Positions 8,442-16,948 of a stretch of 24,637 nucleotides of DNA are shown piece by piece (within the stretch, counting starts at the first letter, position 1; every line of letters begins with the position of its first letter). Location of the stretch: the NCBI GenBank assembly GCA_039683575.1, contig JBDKRC010000081.1, positions 1 to 24,637 of the forward strand. Direction: 5' to 3'. The stretch is from Armatimonadia bacterium (GTDB taxonomy: Bacteria; Armatimonadota; Zipacnadia; Zipacnadales; UBA11051). The notes under the pieces are model-generated. The model ran no database searches. It worked only from the letters and a program-made list of their open reading frames with translations, and was not told where the DNA came from. Both the position numbers and the translations under genes were made by a program.

Positions 8442-9131
8442 ATGGTTAATGCTGCGGAGTTCTTTAGGGAAGCCGCTACGCGTATGGCAGGCTCCTCGCA
8501 GGATCCGCTATCGGACGAGGAACTGGTAAGGCGAGCGCAGGATACCGGCGACATCAGCGCGACCGAGTACCTGCTCTTCAAATACCGCAACCTCGTTCGA
8601 GCCAAGGTTAAGTCGTACTTTCTCGTCGGGGCTGAACGCGACGATTTGTTGCAGATTGGCATGATTGGCCTCTGGGAAGCGATCACGGACTTCAAGGCTG
8701 ACCGCCACACCTCCTTTGCATGCTTTGCGAAGGTCTGCATTCAGCGTCAGATGATCTCAGCCATCAAAGCCGCAACACGCCAGAAGCAAGCGCCGCTCAA
8801 TTCGTCTGTGTCCCTGGAAGCCCCGCCCAGTGGCGACAGCGAAGATCGCGCACTTTCCGAAGTACTGACCTCCAAGCCCGAGGGCGATCCCGAGACGATC
8901 GTGCTGGGCAAAGAGGGCGAGCGCATTCTGCAGGAGACCCTGCGCGAAGAGCTCTCGCCCTTCGAGTGGAGAGTACTCACGGAATACCGCACCGGCAAGT
9001 CATACCGCGAGATGGCGGACGACCTGCAGTGCAAAATCAAGTCCATTGACAACGCTCTCTCGCGGATTCGCCGCAAGCTGCCGCAGGTCGCGCCCGAACA
9101 GGTAGCGCGCATGCGGGCCGTCGGCCCCTGA
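8442..9131 (+). CDS. sigH: RNA polymerase sigma-H (Spo0H-like) factor
   Basis: EYLLFKYRNLVRAKVKSYFLVGAERDDLLQIGMIGL, CIQRQMISAIKAATRQKQAPLNSSVSL, LSPFE..VL, GKSY.E.A..L....KSIDNALSRIRRKL. GAGGTG RBS. Confidence 0.92.
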   Translation: MVNAAEFFREAATRMAGSSQDPLSDEELVRRAQDTGDISATEYLLFKYRNLVRAKVKSYFLVGAERDDLLQIGMIGLWEAITDFKADRHTSFACFAKVCIQRQMISAIKAATRQKQAPLNSSVSLEAPPSGDSEDRALSEVLTSKPEGDPETIVLGKEGERILQETLREELSPFEWRVLTEYRTGKSYREMADDLQCKIKSIDNALSRIRRKLPQVAPEQVARMRAVGP

Positions 9132-9173
9132 GCGCGAGGGTAGAACTAGTGAGAAATTGCGGGCGGGTCAACA

Positions 9174-9203
9174 TTGGCCCGTCCGCTTACTTTGTGTTAT
9201 AAC
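9174..9203 (+). promoter_or_regulatory. Putative extended -10 promoter for glyQS
   Basis: TTGGCC, 18-bp spacer containing TG, TATAAC. Confidence 0.55.
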
Positions 9204-9204
9204 A

Positions 9205-9422
9205 GGGGAACGACGGGAACGGGTACTGCGGGAACGGGTACTGCGGGAACGCTCTGTCCTACTCCGTCACCCAACTGCCTCTGTCATCCTGAACGAAGTG
9301 AAGGATCTCCGGATTCTTCGTCGCAAACACCGCTCCTCAGAATGACAGGCCTTTCCGCCGTTGCCGTCCGTTCCCGACGTTCCCGACGTAGTCTCTCGTT
9401 CCCGACGTTCCCGCCGTTTCTC
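9205..9422. repeat. Composite inverted element: GGGAACG repeats, a central palindrome, then CGTTCCC repeats
   Basis: Four GGGAACG cores at 9206-9251 and four CGTTCCC cores at 9369-9412 surround the 9281-9348 palindrome. Confidence 0.75.
9281..9348. repeat. TGTC/CGTC-type REP-like palindrome
   Basis: CTGTCATCCTGAACGAAGTGAAGGATCT...GATTCTTCG...TCAGAATGACAG, with imperfect terminal inverted repeats. It resembles the widespread GTCATCCTGAGCGAAG..CTCAGAATGAC repeat. Confidence 0.75.
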
Positions 9423-9434
9423 GAGGTGCCTTCA

Positions 9435-10316
9435 ATGACTTTCCAGGACATAGTCAAACAACTCAGCGAATTCTGGGCCGCCCGCGGCTGCATCATCGCC
9501 CAGCCCTATGACGTGGAGGTCGGCGCCGGCACCATGACGCCGGACACCTTCTTGCGTGCCCTCGGCCCCGAGCCGTGGAACGTCGCCTACGTCCAGGGCT
9601 CCCGCCGTCCCAATGATGGCCGCTATGGCGAGAATCCCAACCGCATGCAGAAGTACTACCAGTACCAGGTCATCATGAAGCCCTCTCCCGACGGCATTCA
9701 GGAGACCTACCTGGAGAGCCTCTGCTCCCTCGGCATCGACCCGCTGGAGCACGACTTCCGCTTCGTCGAGGATGACTGGGAAGCCCCCACCCTCGGCGCC
9801 TCCGGCGTCGGCTGGGAAGTCTGGCTCGACGGCATGGAGATCACGCAGTTCACCTACTTCCAAAAGGCCGGTGGCATGCCCTGCAGCCCCGTCTCCGTCG
9901 AGCTCACCTACGGCATTGAGCGCCTCGCCATGTACATGCAGAACGTGGACCACTACCGCGACCTGCGGTGGAATGACACGATCAAGTTTGGCGAGCTGCG
10001 CAAGGAAGAAGAGCGCCAGTTCTCGATCTACAACTTCGAGGCGGCCAATATCGACATGCTGTGGGAGCTCTTCAAGCTCTACGAGACCGAGGTTGAGGCC
10101 CTGCTCGCCCGCGACTTGCACTTCCCGGCGTACGACTACGTGCTCAAGTGCTCGCACACCTTCAACCTGCTCGACGCCCGGGGCGCGATCAGCATCACCG
10201 AGCGCCCGGCCATGATCGGCCGCATCCGCAACCTCGCTGGCAAAGTAGCCAGAGCGCAAGTAGCCCACCGCGAAGCCCTCGGCTACCCGCTCTGCAATAA
10301 CACAGATCACGCGTAG
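9435..10316 (+). CDS. glyQ: Glycine--tRNA ligase alpha subunit
   Basis: [76 protein letters not shown]. The true start is the ATG at 9435, after GAGGTG. Confidence 0.98.
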   Translation: MTFQDIVKQLSEFWAARGCIIAQPYDVEVGAGTMTPDTFLRALGPEPWNVAYVQGSRRPNDGRYGENPNRMQKYYQYQVIMKPSPDGIQETYLESLCSLGIDPLEHDFRFVEDDWEAPTLGASGVGWEVWLDGMEITQFTYFQKAGGMPCSPVSVELTYGIERLAMYMQNVDHYRDLRWNDTIKFGELRKEEERQFSIYNFEAANIDMLWELFKLYETEVEALLARDLHFPAYDYVLKCSHTFNLLDARGAISITERPAMIGRIRNLAGKVARAQVAHREALGYPLCNNTDHA

Positions 10317-10409
10317 GTGGGTGCGTCTCGCACCCACTCCGCGAAGCCTCGGCTACCCGCTCTGCAACAACCCAGATCACGCGTAGGTGGGTGCGTCTCG
10401 CACCCACTC
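10269..10409 (+). repeat. Tandem duplication (71 + 70 bp) of the glyQ 3' end plus a REP hairpin
   Basis: 10269-10339 and 10340-10409 differ by one deletion and two substitutions. Each copy ends in GTAG-GTGGGTGCG-TCT-CGCACCCAC-TC. Confidence 0.95.
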
Positions 10410-10433
10410 ACCGACAACCCATCATTTTGAACG

Positions 10434-10462
10434 CTGTTTTCTGTTTTCTGTTTTCTGTTTTC
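10434..10462 (+). repeat. Heptamer tandem repeat (CTGTTTT)x4
   Basis: Directly visible between glyQ and glyS. Confidence 0.9.
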
Positions 10463-10500
10463 GCCGTTTCGTCCGTTCCACTCAACAGAGGACTCCCAAA

Positions 10501-12594
10501 ATGCCCGACCTCTTGATCGAAATCGGTGTCGAAGAAATCCCTGCCGACGTCATCCTTCCCGCGCTGGACCAGATGAAGGTTGCGCTGGCTGACGGCCTCA
10601 CGGCCCTGCGCCTCACGCATGGCGCGGTCGAGGTCTACGGTACGCCCCGTCGCCTGGCCGCCATCGTCAAGGATGTCGCCGACCGCCAGCCCGACGAGGT
10701 CAAGGAGATCAAGGGCCCGCCCGCCAGCGCTGCCTTCGACGCCGAGGGCAACCCGACCAAAGCGGCCCAGGGCTTTGCTGCCAAGAACGGTCTCGATGTC
10801 TCCGCCCTCCGGGTCGTCGAAGAGGCCAAGGGCAGCTTCGTCTACGCCACCGTGCAGGAGTCCGGCCAGCCCGCGGCCGAGGTCATCCCCGCGCTTCTCG
10901 ACGAGATGATGACGGGCTTCGTCTTCCCCAAGACCCTCAAGTGGGGCGACCTCGAAGAGCGCTTCGCCCGCCCCGTCCGCTGGCTCATCGCGCTCCTGGG
11001 CACCGAAGTGCTGCTCTGGCAATTCGCCGGCGTACAGGCGGGCCGCACCACCCGTGGCCATCGCTTCCTCGGTGACTGCGCCGTCGAGATCCCGTCCCCC
11101 GACGCCTACCTCGACGTCCTCCGCAGCCAGCACGTCCTGGCCGACCACCGCGAGCGCCGCGAGATCATCGCGCAGAAGGCGCAGCAAGCCGCTGCCGCCG
11201 TCGGCGGTAGCCCTCGCCTCGATCCCGACCTCCTCGACGAGAACAACTTCCTCGTCGAGTGGCCCTCGTGCATCCTCGGCAGCTTCCCCGACCGCTTCAT
11301 GGTCCTCCCCGAGGCTGTCCCGGTCACCGTCATGCAGAAACACCAGCGCTACTTCCCGGTCGAAGACGCGGCTGGCAAGCTGATGCCCTACTTCATCATC
11401 ATCCGCAACGGTGAGGGGCGCGGCGAGGACCTCATCCGCCAGGGCAATGAGAAGGTCATCGTCCCTCGGCTCGAAGACGCCGAGTTCTACATGACCGAAG
11501 ACCTCAAGACCCCGCTCCCCGAGCGCCTCGAGAGCCTCAAGCGCGTCACCTACATGGAGTCGTTGGGCACTCTTTTCGACAAGACCACCCGCATCGAGCG
11601 CCTCGTCGAATGGCTCTGCGAGCACCTCGACGTAGCCGACTGCGACCGCCTCGCCGCCCTCCGTGCCGCTGAACTATCCAAGTGCGATCAGGTCACCCTG
11701 ATGGTCGGCGACGGCAAGCTCGCTGCCCTCCAGGGCCTCATCGGGGGCCACTACGCCCGCCTCGCCGGTGAGCCCGAAAGCGTGGTCGAAGCCCTCTCGC
11801 AGCAATACCTGCCCATCCGCCCCGACGACCCCGCCCCCGCGAGCGACGCCGGCAAGATGCTGGCCCTCGCCGACAAGCTCGACAACCTCGCCGCGGCCTT
11901 CCGCCTCGGCATGATCCCCAAGGGCACCCGCGATCCGCAGGGCCTGCGCCGCCAGACCCAGGCGCTGATCACGATCATGCAGGAGGGCGACTACCGCCTC
12001 GACGTGCGCGAACTCGTCTGGCACGCCCTGAGCCTCCTGCCGGATCCCGACCCCTGCCCCAAGGGTGCGCTCGCGACCGACGAAGCCGCCGAGGCCCTGC
12101 TCGACTTCATCGACGGCCGCCTCGCCGCCGCGATGGAAGACGAAGGCGTCGCCTACGACGTAGTCCGCGCCGTCCTGGCCGCCAATTGGCACGCTCCCGT
12201 GGAAATCATCGAACGCGGTCGCGCCCTCCAGGCTATCCGGGCCGCCGCCACTGACTTCGAAGCCCAGGTGGACACCGCCACCCGCCCCGCCAACATCTCC
12301 CGGTCCGCTGCCCTCGACGAAGCCGTGTGCGTCAACCCCGCCCTCTTCGCCGACCCGACTGAAACCGCCCTCTGGGACGCCTGCCAAAAGGCCACCTCCG
12401 AGATCGAAGCCGCACCGGACTACCCCGCCATCTGGGAGGCCCTCCGCAAGCTCCACGACCCAATCGAGGCCCTCTTCGAAGCCGTAATGGTCAACGCCGA
12501 GGACGAAGCCCTGCGCACCAACCGCCTCGCCCTGATGCGCACCCTCGACCGCCTTTACCTGAAACTCGCCGACTTCACCCAAATAGTCCAGTAG
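10501..12594 (+). CDS. glyS: Glycine--tRNA ligase beta subunit
   Basis: DLLIEIGVEEIP, YGTPRRLA, KGPP, FPKTLKWG...F.RPVRW, GHRF, HQRYF, PRLEDAEFY, ADKLDNL, DPQGLRR, NRLAL. The ATG at 10501 follows GAGG, directly downstream of glyQ. Confidence 0.97.
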   Translation: MPDLLIEIGVEEIPADVILPALDQMKVALADGLTALRLTHGAVEVYGTPRRLAAIVKDVADRQPDEVKEIKGPPASAAFDAEGNPTKAAQGFAAKNGLDVSALRVVEEAKGSFVYATVQESGQPAAEVIPALLDEMMTGFVFPKTLKWGDLEERFARPVRWLIALLGTEVLLWQFAGVQAGRTTRGHRFLGDCAVEIPSPDAYLDVLRSQHVLADHRERREIIAQKAQQAAAAVGGSPRLDPDLLDENNFLVEWPSCILGSFPDRFMVLPEAVPVTVMQKHQRYFPVEDAAGKLMPYFIIIRNGEGRGEDLIRQGNEKVIVPRLEDAEFYMTEDLKTPLPERLESLKRVTYMESLGTLFDKTTRIERLVEWLCEHLDVADCDRLAALRAAELSKCDQVTLMVGDGKLAALQGLIGGHYARLAGEPESVVEALSQQYLPIRPDDPAPASDAGKMLALADKLDNLAAAFRLGMIPKGTRDPQGLRRQTQALITIMQEGDYRLDVRELVWHALSLLPDPDPCPKGALATDEAAEALLDFIDGRLAAAMEDEGVAYDVVRAVLAANWHAPVEIIERGRALQAIRAAATDFEAQVDTATRPANISRSAALDEAVCVNPALFADPTETALWDACQKATSEIEAAPDYPAIWEALRKLHDPIEALFEAVMVNAEDEALRTNRLALMRTLDRLYLKLADFTQIVQ

Positions 12595-12599
12595 CAACC

Positions 12600-12662
12600 G
12601 AAAACTGACAACTGATAACTGAAAACTGGTAACTGAAAACTGGTAACTGAAAACTGGTAACT
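12600..12662 (+). repeat. Heptamer tandem array (GNNAACT)x9 containing a higher-order 14-mer
   Basis: GAAAACT GACAACT GATAACT, then (GAAAACT GGTAACT)x3. Confidence 0.9.
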
Positions 12663-12666
12663 GACT

Positions 12667-13986
12667 ATGCCCCAACCCTTCGACGTAGTAGTCTGCGGCG
12701 GCGGTACCGCCGGAAGCTGCGCGGCCATCGCCGCTGCCCGCCTCGGCGCCCGGACCCTCATCATCGACCAACTCGGCTTCCTCGGCGGCTCCCAGACCGG
12801 CGCCCTCGTCCTGCCCTACATGAATTACCACGCTGGCGAGCAGCAGCTCATCACGGGGCTGCACCAGGAGATCATTGACCGCCTCGGCGACTACCCCGGG
12901 GGCATCAAGACCCGCGCTTTCAACTACGAACTCCTCAAGTACGTCCTCGAGGACATGGCCCTCGAAGCCGGCGTGGAGCTTCTCTACCACACCTTCCTCG
13001 CCGAAACCGTCGTCGAAAACGGCCGCCTCGCCAGGGTCATCGCCTACAACAAGTCCGGCCGTCAGGAGTTCGCCGCCAAGCAGTTCATCGACTGCACCGG
13101 TGACGCTGACATCGCCTTCCGCGCCGGCGTCCCCTGCGAAAGCGGTCGCCCCGAAGACGGCCTCAACCAGTCCGCCTCCCTGCGCTTCGTCGTCGGCAAC
13201 GTTGACCTCGATGCCCTGGCCGTCCGCATCACCGAGCTAACCGACCGCCCCTGCAGCCCCCCCGAGCTCCAGATGGGCTTCTCCAAGGGCCACACGGTCG
13301 CGCCAAAGATCGAGGAGATCGTGGACCGCGCCGCGGAGGAGGGGGTCTTCACTGCCGAAGAGGGTGGCTACGTCCAGTTCTTCAGCGTTCCCGGCCGCCC
13401 CGGCGAAGTAGCCTTCAACTGCCCGCGCGTCACCTTCGTCAACGGTGCCCGCGCCGAAGACCTCACCAAGGTGCAGGTCCAGGGCCGCCGCACCATCCCC
13501 AAAATCCTTGAGTTCTGCCGGCGCTACCTCGCCGGGTTCGACAACGCCTACCTCCTCACCACCGCCCCGCTCCCGGGCATTCGCGAAAGCCGCCGGATAG
13601 TGGGCGAATACGTCCTCACCGCCGAGGACTGCCTGCAGCCGACCCGCTTCGACGACCGCATTGCCAAAAGCTCCTATCCCATCGACGTCCACAACCCCTC
13701 CGGCGTCGGCGTTACCCTCAAGGCCCTCCCGCGCGGCGAGTACCACGACATCCCCTTCCGCTGCCTCGTGCCGCTGAAGGTAGACGACCTCCTGGTAGCG
13801 GGCCGCTGCATCTCGACCACCTTCGAGGCGCAAGCCGCTATCAGAATCGAACCAACCTGCCGTGCCATGGGAGAAGCCGCGGGGACAGCAGCAGCCCTCT
13901 GCATAGAGCAGGGCTGCCATCCAAGAGAACTACACCACGAGGAACTGCTATCCAACCTCTCCTCCACCGGCGCCAACGTAGCCTGA
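12667..13986 (+). CDS. FAD-dependent oxidoreductase (FAD_oxidored family)
   Basis: DVVVCGGGTAG..AAIAAAR.G, LGG, FIDCTGDAD, GIRESRRIVG, YPIDVH, IPFRCLVP, LLVAGRCIS, AMGEAAG. Confidence 0.92.
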   Translation: MPQPFDVVVCGGGTAGSCAAIAAARLGARTLIIDQLGFLGGSQTGALVLPYMNYHAGEQQLITGLHQEIIDRLGDYPGGIKTRAFNYELLKYVLEDMALEAGVELLYHTFLAETVVENGRLARVIAYNKSGRQEFAAKQFIDCTGDADIAFRAGVPCESGRPEDGLNQSASLRFVVGNVDLDALAVRITELTDRPCSPPELQMGFSKGHTVAPKIEEIVDRAAEEGVFTAEEGGYVQFFSVPGRPGEVAFNCPRVTFVNGARAEDLTKVQVQGRRTIPKILEFCRRYLAGFDNAYLLTTAPLPGIRESRRIVGEYVLTAEDCLQPTRFDDRIAKSSYPIDVHNPSGVGVTLKALPRGEYHDIPFRCLVPLKVDDLLVAGRCISTTFEAQAAIRIEPTCRAMGEAAGTAAALCIEQGCHPRELHHEELLSNLSSTGANVA

Positions 13987-14019
13987 GCCTTAGCCGTGCC
14001 TCTCTTAGCCGTGCCGGCT

Positions 14020-14149
14020 GTAGGGCGTAGCGACGTCCGCGTCGCAGGGGGCTCGTACCCCGCCGGCCGTCATCACCGACCAACCCTCGTCCCGCCCCTA
14101 CGGCCGCCTGTAGGAGCGCTCACCAGAGCGCGACTAGTCACCGACCAAC
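14020..14149 (+). repeat. REP cluster between convergent genes, including a nested hairpin
   Basis: GTAGGGC[GTAGCGACGTCCGCGTCGCA]GGGGGCTCGTACCCCGCC with tail, then GTAGGAGCGCTCACCAGAGCGCGA (14110-14133) with tail. Confidence 0.85.
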
Positions 14150-14157
14150 TACCGCAC

Positions 14158-15042
14158 CTACACTTTCCTCACCCTCGGCAACCCCGGCCTCCACTCCGCC
14201 GCCACCAACCTCCGCAACGCCCTCAGATTCGCCAAATCCTCCTCCAACCCCCCGCCGTGCCCCTTCGGCGTCTCCATGATGAATGGCAACTCGCGCAGCC
14301 TCGGATGACCGGTGATCGTCCGCCACCCTTCGGGCCCGATCTTCCCCTGCCCGATGTGCCAGTGGCGGTCCCACTTTGACCCCAAATCGCTCGCGCTGTC
14401 GTTGGCATGCACCAGCGCCAGCCTGTCTCCACACGCCCGGTCCAGCGTCCCCAGAAACTCGTTCAGCCCCTCTTGCGTATGCACTGCATACCCGGCCGCA
14501 AACGCATGTGCGGTATCCAGACATAGCGCCAGTCGTTCCCCACCCGCCAACTCAATCACGCGCCCCAACTCCTCCGGCGTGTCCCCCACAATGTTGCCCT
14601 GTCCGGCGCTGTTCTCCAGGATCAGCTTCGTCGGCGCCTCTGTATGCTCAAGCACCACCCGCAGCGCCGCCGCCACGCGCTCCATGGCCTCCTCGATGGC
14701 CGTCCCGGCGCCTGCACTCCCCAGATGCAGCACCACACCCTCCGCCTGCCACAGATGCGCCATCTGCATATCGAAGATGAGCCGCTTGACGCTCTTCTCC
14801 AGCAGCGCCATATCGGCTGTCGCGAGGTTCAGAAGGTAGGGGGCATGGACAAAGAGGGGCCACAGATCGAAACGCTTCCGCGCCGCCACGAACTCCTCCG
14901 CCTCAAGCAGATCAACCTTCCGCGCCTTCCACTGCACGGGGGCCGAAGCAAATATCTGCATCGTCTGACAACGGCGGTCAAGCGCATGACGAATGCTCTG
15001 CACAAGCCCGCCGCCAATATGAACGTGAAACCCAATCCGCAT
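14158..15042 (-). CDS. nfo: Endonuclease IV (AP endonuclease)
   Basis: MRIGFHV, QIF, HAPYLLNLA, VLHLG, LENSAG.G, CLDTAHAFAAGY, HANDS, DRH..IG.G.IG and METP cover all zinc-ligand motifs. The start at 15042 follows AGGGGAG. Confidence 0.95.
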   Translation of the reverse strand: MRIGFHVHIGGGLVQSIRHALDRRCQTMQIFASAPVQWKARKVDLLEAEEFVAARKRFDLWPLFVHAPYLLNLATADMALLEKSVKRLIFDMQMAHLWQAEGVVLHLGSAGAGTAIEEAMERVAAALRVVLEHTEAPTKLILENSAGQGNIVGDTPEELGRVIELAGGERLALCLDTAHAFAAGYAVHTQEGLNEFLGTLDRACGDRLALVHANDSASDLGSKWDRHWHIGQGKIGPEGWRTITGHPRLRELPFIMETPKGHGGGLEEDLANLRALRRLVAAEWRPGLPRVRKV

Positions 15043-15117
15043 CTCGTCTCCCCTTCGCCTCGCCACCCCGGTCACTTGTGGAGCGCCCCGGCTGCCTGTG
15101 AACCACTCCGGCTGCCT

Positions 15118-15157
15118 GTAGGAGCGGTCACCAGACCGCGATTATCATCGACAACCC
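15118..15157 (+). repeat. GTAG-tagged REP-like hairpin with tail
   Basis: GTAGGA-GCGGTC-ACCA-GACCGC-GA-TTATCATCGACAACCC. Confidence 0.8.
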
Positions 15158-15209
15158 TCGGCCTCGCCGCCTTCCCCTCCCGTCGGGCTCAGAGCCGTTT
15201 CCCAAGCTC

Positions 15210-15488
15210 CTAAGCTCCTCCTCGCTCACACTCCTCCTCCGGCCACCCCTCCCCGCCTTTCCTCCGGTTCGCCTTCACCGCCGCCGCGCGCTTCTCATAC
15301 GTCAGCTTCCGCCGCACAAACCACCCCACGACCCAGAGCAGCCCCACTCCGACCATGGTCAAAAACGCCACGGGAAGCCAGTTGTACCACGGCCAGCCCC
15401 GCAAATGCAGTGTCCATGCCACCCACGCCGCAATGATGATCCCTGACAATAGCTGCAAATAATCTTCATTCTTTACCAATATTCTCAT
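15210..15488 (-). CDS. Small hypothetical membrane protein (two TM helices, charged tail)
   Basis: 92-aa ORF with two hydrophobic Trp-rich segments and a GAGGGGG RBS, co-oriented with nfo. Confidence 0.7.
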   Translation of the reverse strand: MRILVKNEDYLQLLSGIIIAAWVAWTLHLRGWPWYNWLPVAFLTMVGVGLLWVVGWFVRRKLTYEKRAAAVKANRRKGGEGWPEEECERGGA

Positions 15489-15572
15489 ACGCCCCCTCTT
15501 CCGCGCCGGTTGGCCTCACACCTCCCATGCAGGTAGTAGCCCCCCATCCGCCGAAGAGTGCTCGCAACACAT

Positions 15573-15685
15573 GGAGGGGCCGAATGGCGGCAGCCTCACC
15601 GCCGCCATCCGGCCCAGCCGTCATCACCGACCAACCTGCTGTAGGGCGGGGGCTCCGTACCCCGCCAGCCGTTATCACCGACCAA
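15573..15685 (+). repeat. Two REP-like hairpins, each followed by the shared tail
   Basis: GGAGGGGCCGAATGGCGGC..GCCGCCATCCGGCCC-AGCCGTCATCACCGACCAACC (related to about 16-58 and 1164-1208). Then GTAGGGCGGGGGCTCCGTACCCCGCC-AGCCGTTATCACCGACCAA (15641-15685). Confidence 0.85.
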
Positions 15686-15706
15686 GCTGCTTAGGAACGA
15701 TGCCTC

Positions 15707-16948
15707 TTGAAAATCGCTTACCTCGACGTCTTCTGCGGAATCAGCGGCGACATGCTTCTCGGCGCCCTCGTTGACGCCGGCGTCCCCCTTGCCGACCTCG
15801 AAGCACAACTTCGCAAACTCCCCGTCCACGGCTGGGCCTTCGAGGTCGAGGAGGTCCGCAAAATGGGCCTCCGCGCCACGAAGCTTACGGTGGTCGATAC
15901 AACCCACCATCATCATCATGACCATGATGAGCACCGGGACCACCACCACGGCATGAGTGCCGACGCGGTCATTGACATCATCAAGGGCGGCGACCTCGCC
16001 CCGCCCCTCGTTGAGCGCGCCGTCGCCGTCGTGGAACGCATCGCCCAGGCCGAGGCGGCCGCTCATGGCGTCCCGCGCGAGCAAGTGCACTTCCACGAAC
16101 TCGGCGGAGTAGACACTGTGATTGACGTCGTCGGCGCGGTCGTCGGCCTCGACCTCCTCGGCATCGAGAAGCTCTACTGCTCACCCCTGCCGCTGGCCCA
16201 TGGCTTCGTGAACACCGCCCATGGCCGCCTGCCCGTCCCCCCGCCCGCCGTGGTTAACCTCCTGCCCGGCATCCCCACCGTGCCGCTCGACGTCGACGGC
16301 GAGACCGTGACGCCCACGGGCGCGGGCCTCGCCGTAACCCTCGCGGACTTCACTCCCCGCCCGCCGATGACGGTCAGCACGATCGGCCTCGGTGCAGGCC
16401 ATAGGGACTTCCCCGTCCCGAACGTCCTGCGCTTCATGATAGGGGAAGCTGAGGTCGGGACTCGCGTGGGAGGGGCCACTGGCCCCGACGATACCCCAAC
16501 TTCAGTGGTCAAGATCGAGGCCAACCTCGACGACATGAGCCCTGAGCTCTTCGGATACGCAGCCGACCAGATCTTCGCTGCCGGAGCTCTGGACGTCTGG
16601 GCCACTCCCATCTTCATGAAGAAGAACCGCCCGGCGACAATGCTCTCCGCCCTCTGCGCCGCCGACAGCGCCGACGCCGTCGCCACTGCGATCATGACCC
16701 ACACTACCAGCTTCGGCGTCCGCAGGAGCCTTTGGCAGCGCGAGTGCCTCGACCGCGAGCACGTGACAGTGGAGACCACGTACGGCTCTATCCGCCTCAA
16801 GCTCGGCAAGCGCGAGGCCAAGACTCTGACCGCCGCCCCCGAGTACGCCGACTGCGTCGCTGCCGCCGAGAAGTCAGGCGTCCCGCTGAAGGCCGTGTAC
16901 CAGGCCGCCATCGCTGCTGCTCATTCCCTTGTGGGAGAAGACCAATGA
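15707..16948 (+). CDS. larC: Nickel-pincer cofactor nickel insertase LarC
   Basis: KIAYLD.FCGISGDMLLGALVDAG, a His-rich linker, VHFHELG..D...DVVG, HG.LPVP.PA, TPTGA, E.NLDD..PE, MKKNRP, TTSFGVR, PEY.DC. TTG start. Confidence 0.95.
   Translation: MKIAYLDVFCGISGDMLLGALVDAGVPLADLEAQLRKLPVHGWAFEVEEVRKMGLRATKLTVVDTTHHHHHDHDEHRDHHHGMSADAVIDIIKGGDLAPPLVERAVAVVERIAQAEAAAHGVPREQVHFHELGGVDTVIDVVGAVVGLDLLGIEKLYCSPLPLAHGFVNTAHGRLPVPPPAVVNLLPGIPTVPLDVDGETVTPTGAGLAVTLADFTPRPPMTVSTIGLGAGHRDFPVPNVLRFMIGEAEVGTRVGGATGPDDTPTSVVKIEANLDDMSPELFGYAADQIFAAGALDVWATPIFMKKNRPATMLSALCAADSADAVATAIMTHTTSFGVRRSLWQRECLDREHVTVETTYGSIRLKLGKREAKTLTAAPEYADCVAAAEKSGVPLKAVYQAAIAAAHSLVGEDQ

Noticed and set aside
9174-9434. N-terminal extension of GlyQ, or a Gly T-box
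   Set aside because: The extension translates repeat DNA and the conserved protein starts at 9435 after an RBS. No T-box consensus or terminator is present.
10387-10500. N-terminal extension of GlyS
   Set aside because: It runs through a REP and a heptamer repeat. The conserved start with an RBS is at 10501.
10408-12990. Long antisense ORFs (405 and 438 aa) and similar shadow ORFs elsewhere
   Set aside because: These are reverse-frame shadows of high-GC genes, with no recognisable motifs.
16732-16944. 71-aa extension of the second oxidoreductase, or a larC frameshift fusion
   Set aside because: It overlaps intact larC in another frame. The ATG at 16945 with ATGA coupling and an upstream GGAG is a better start.
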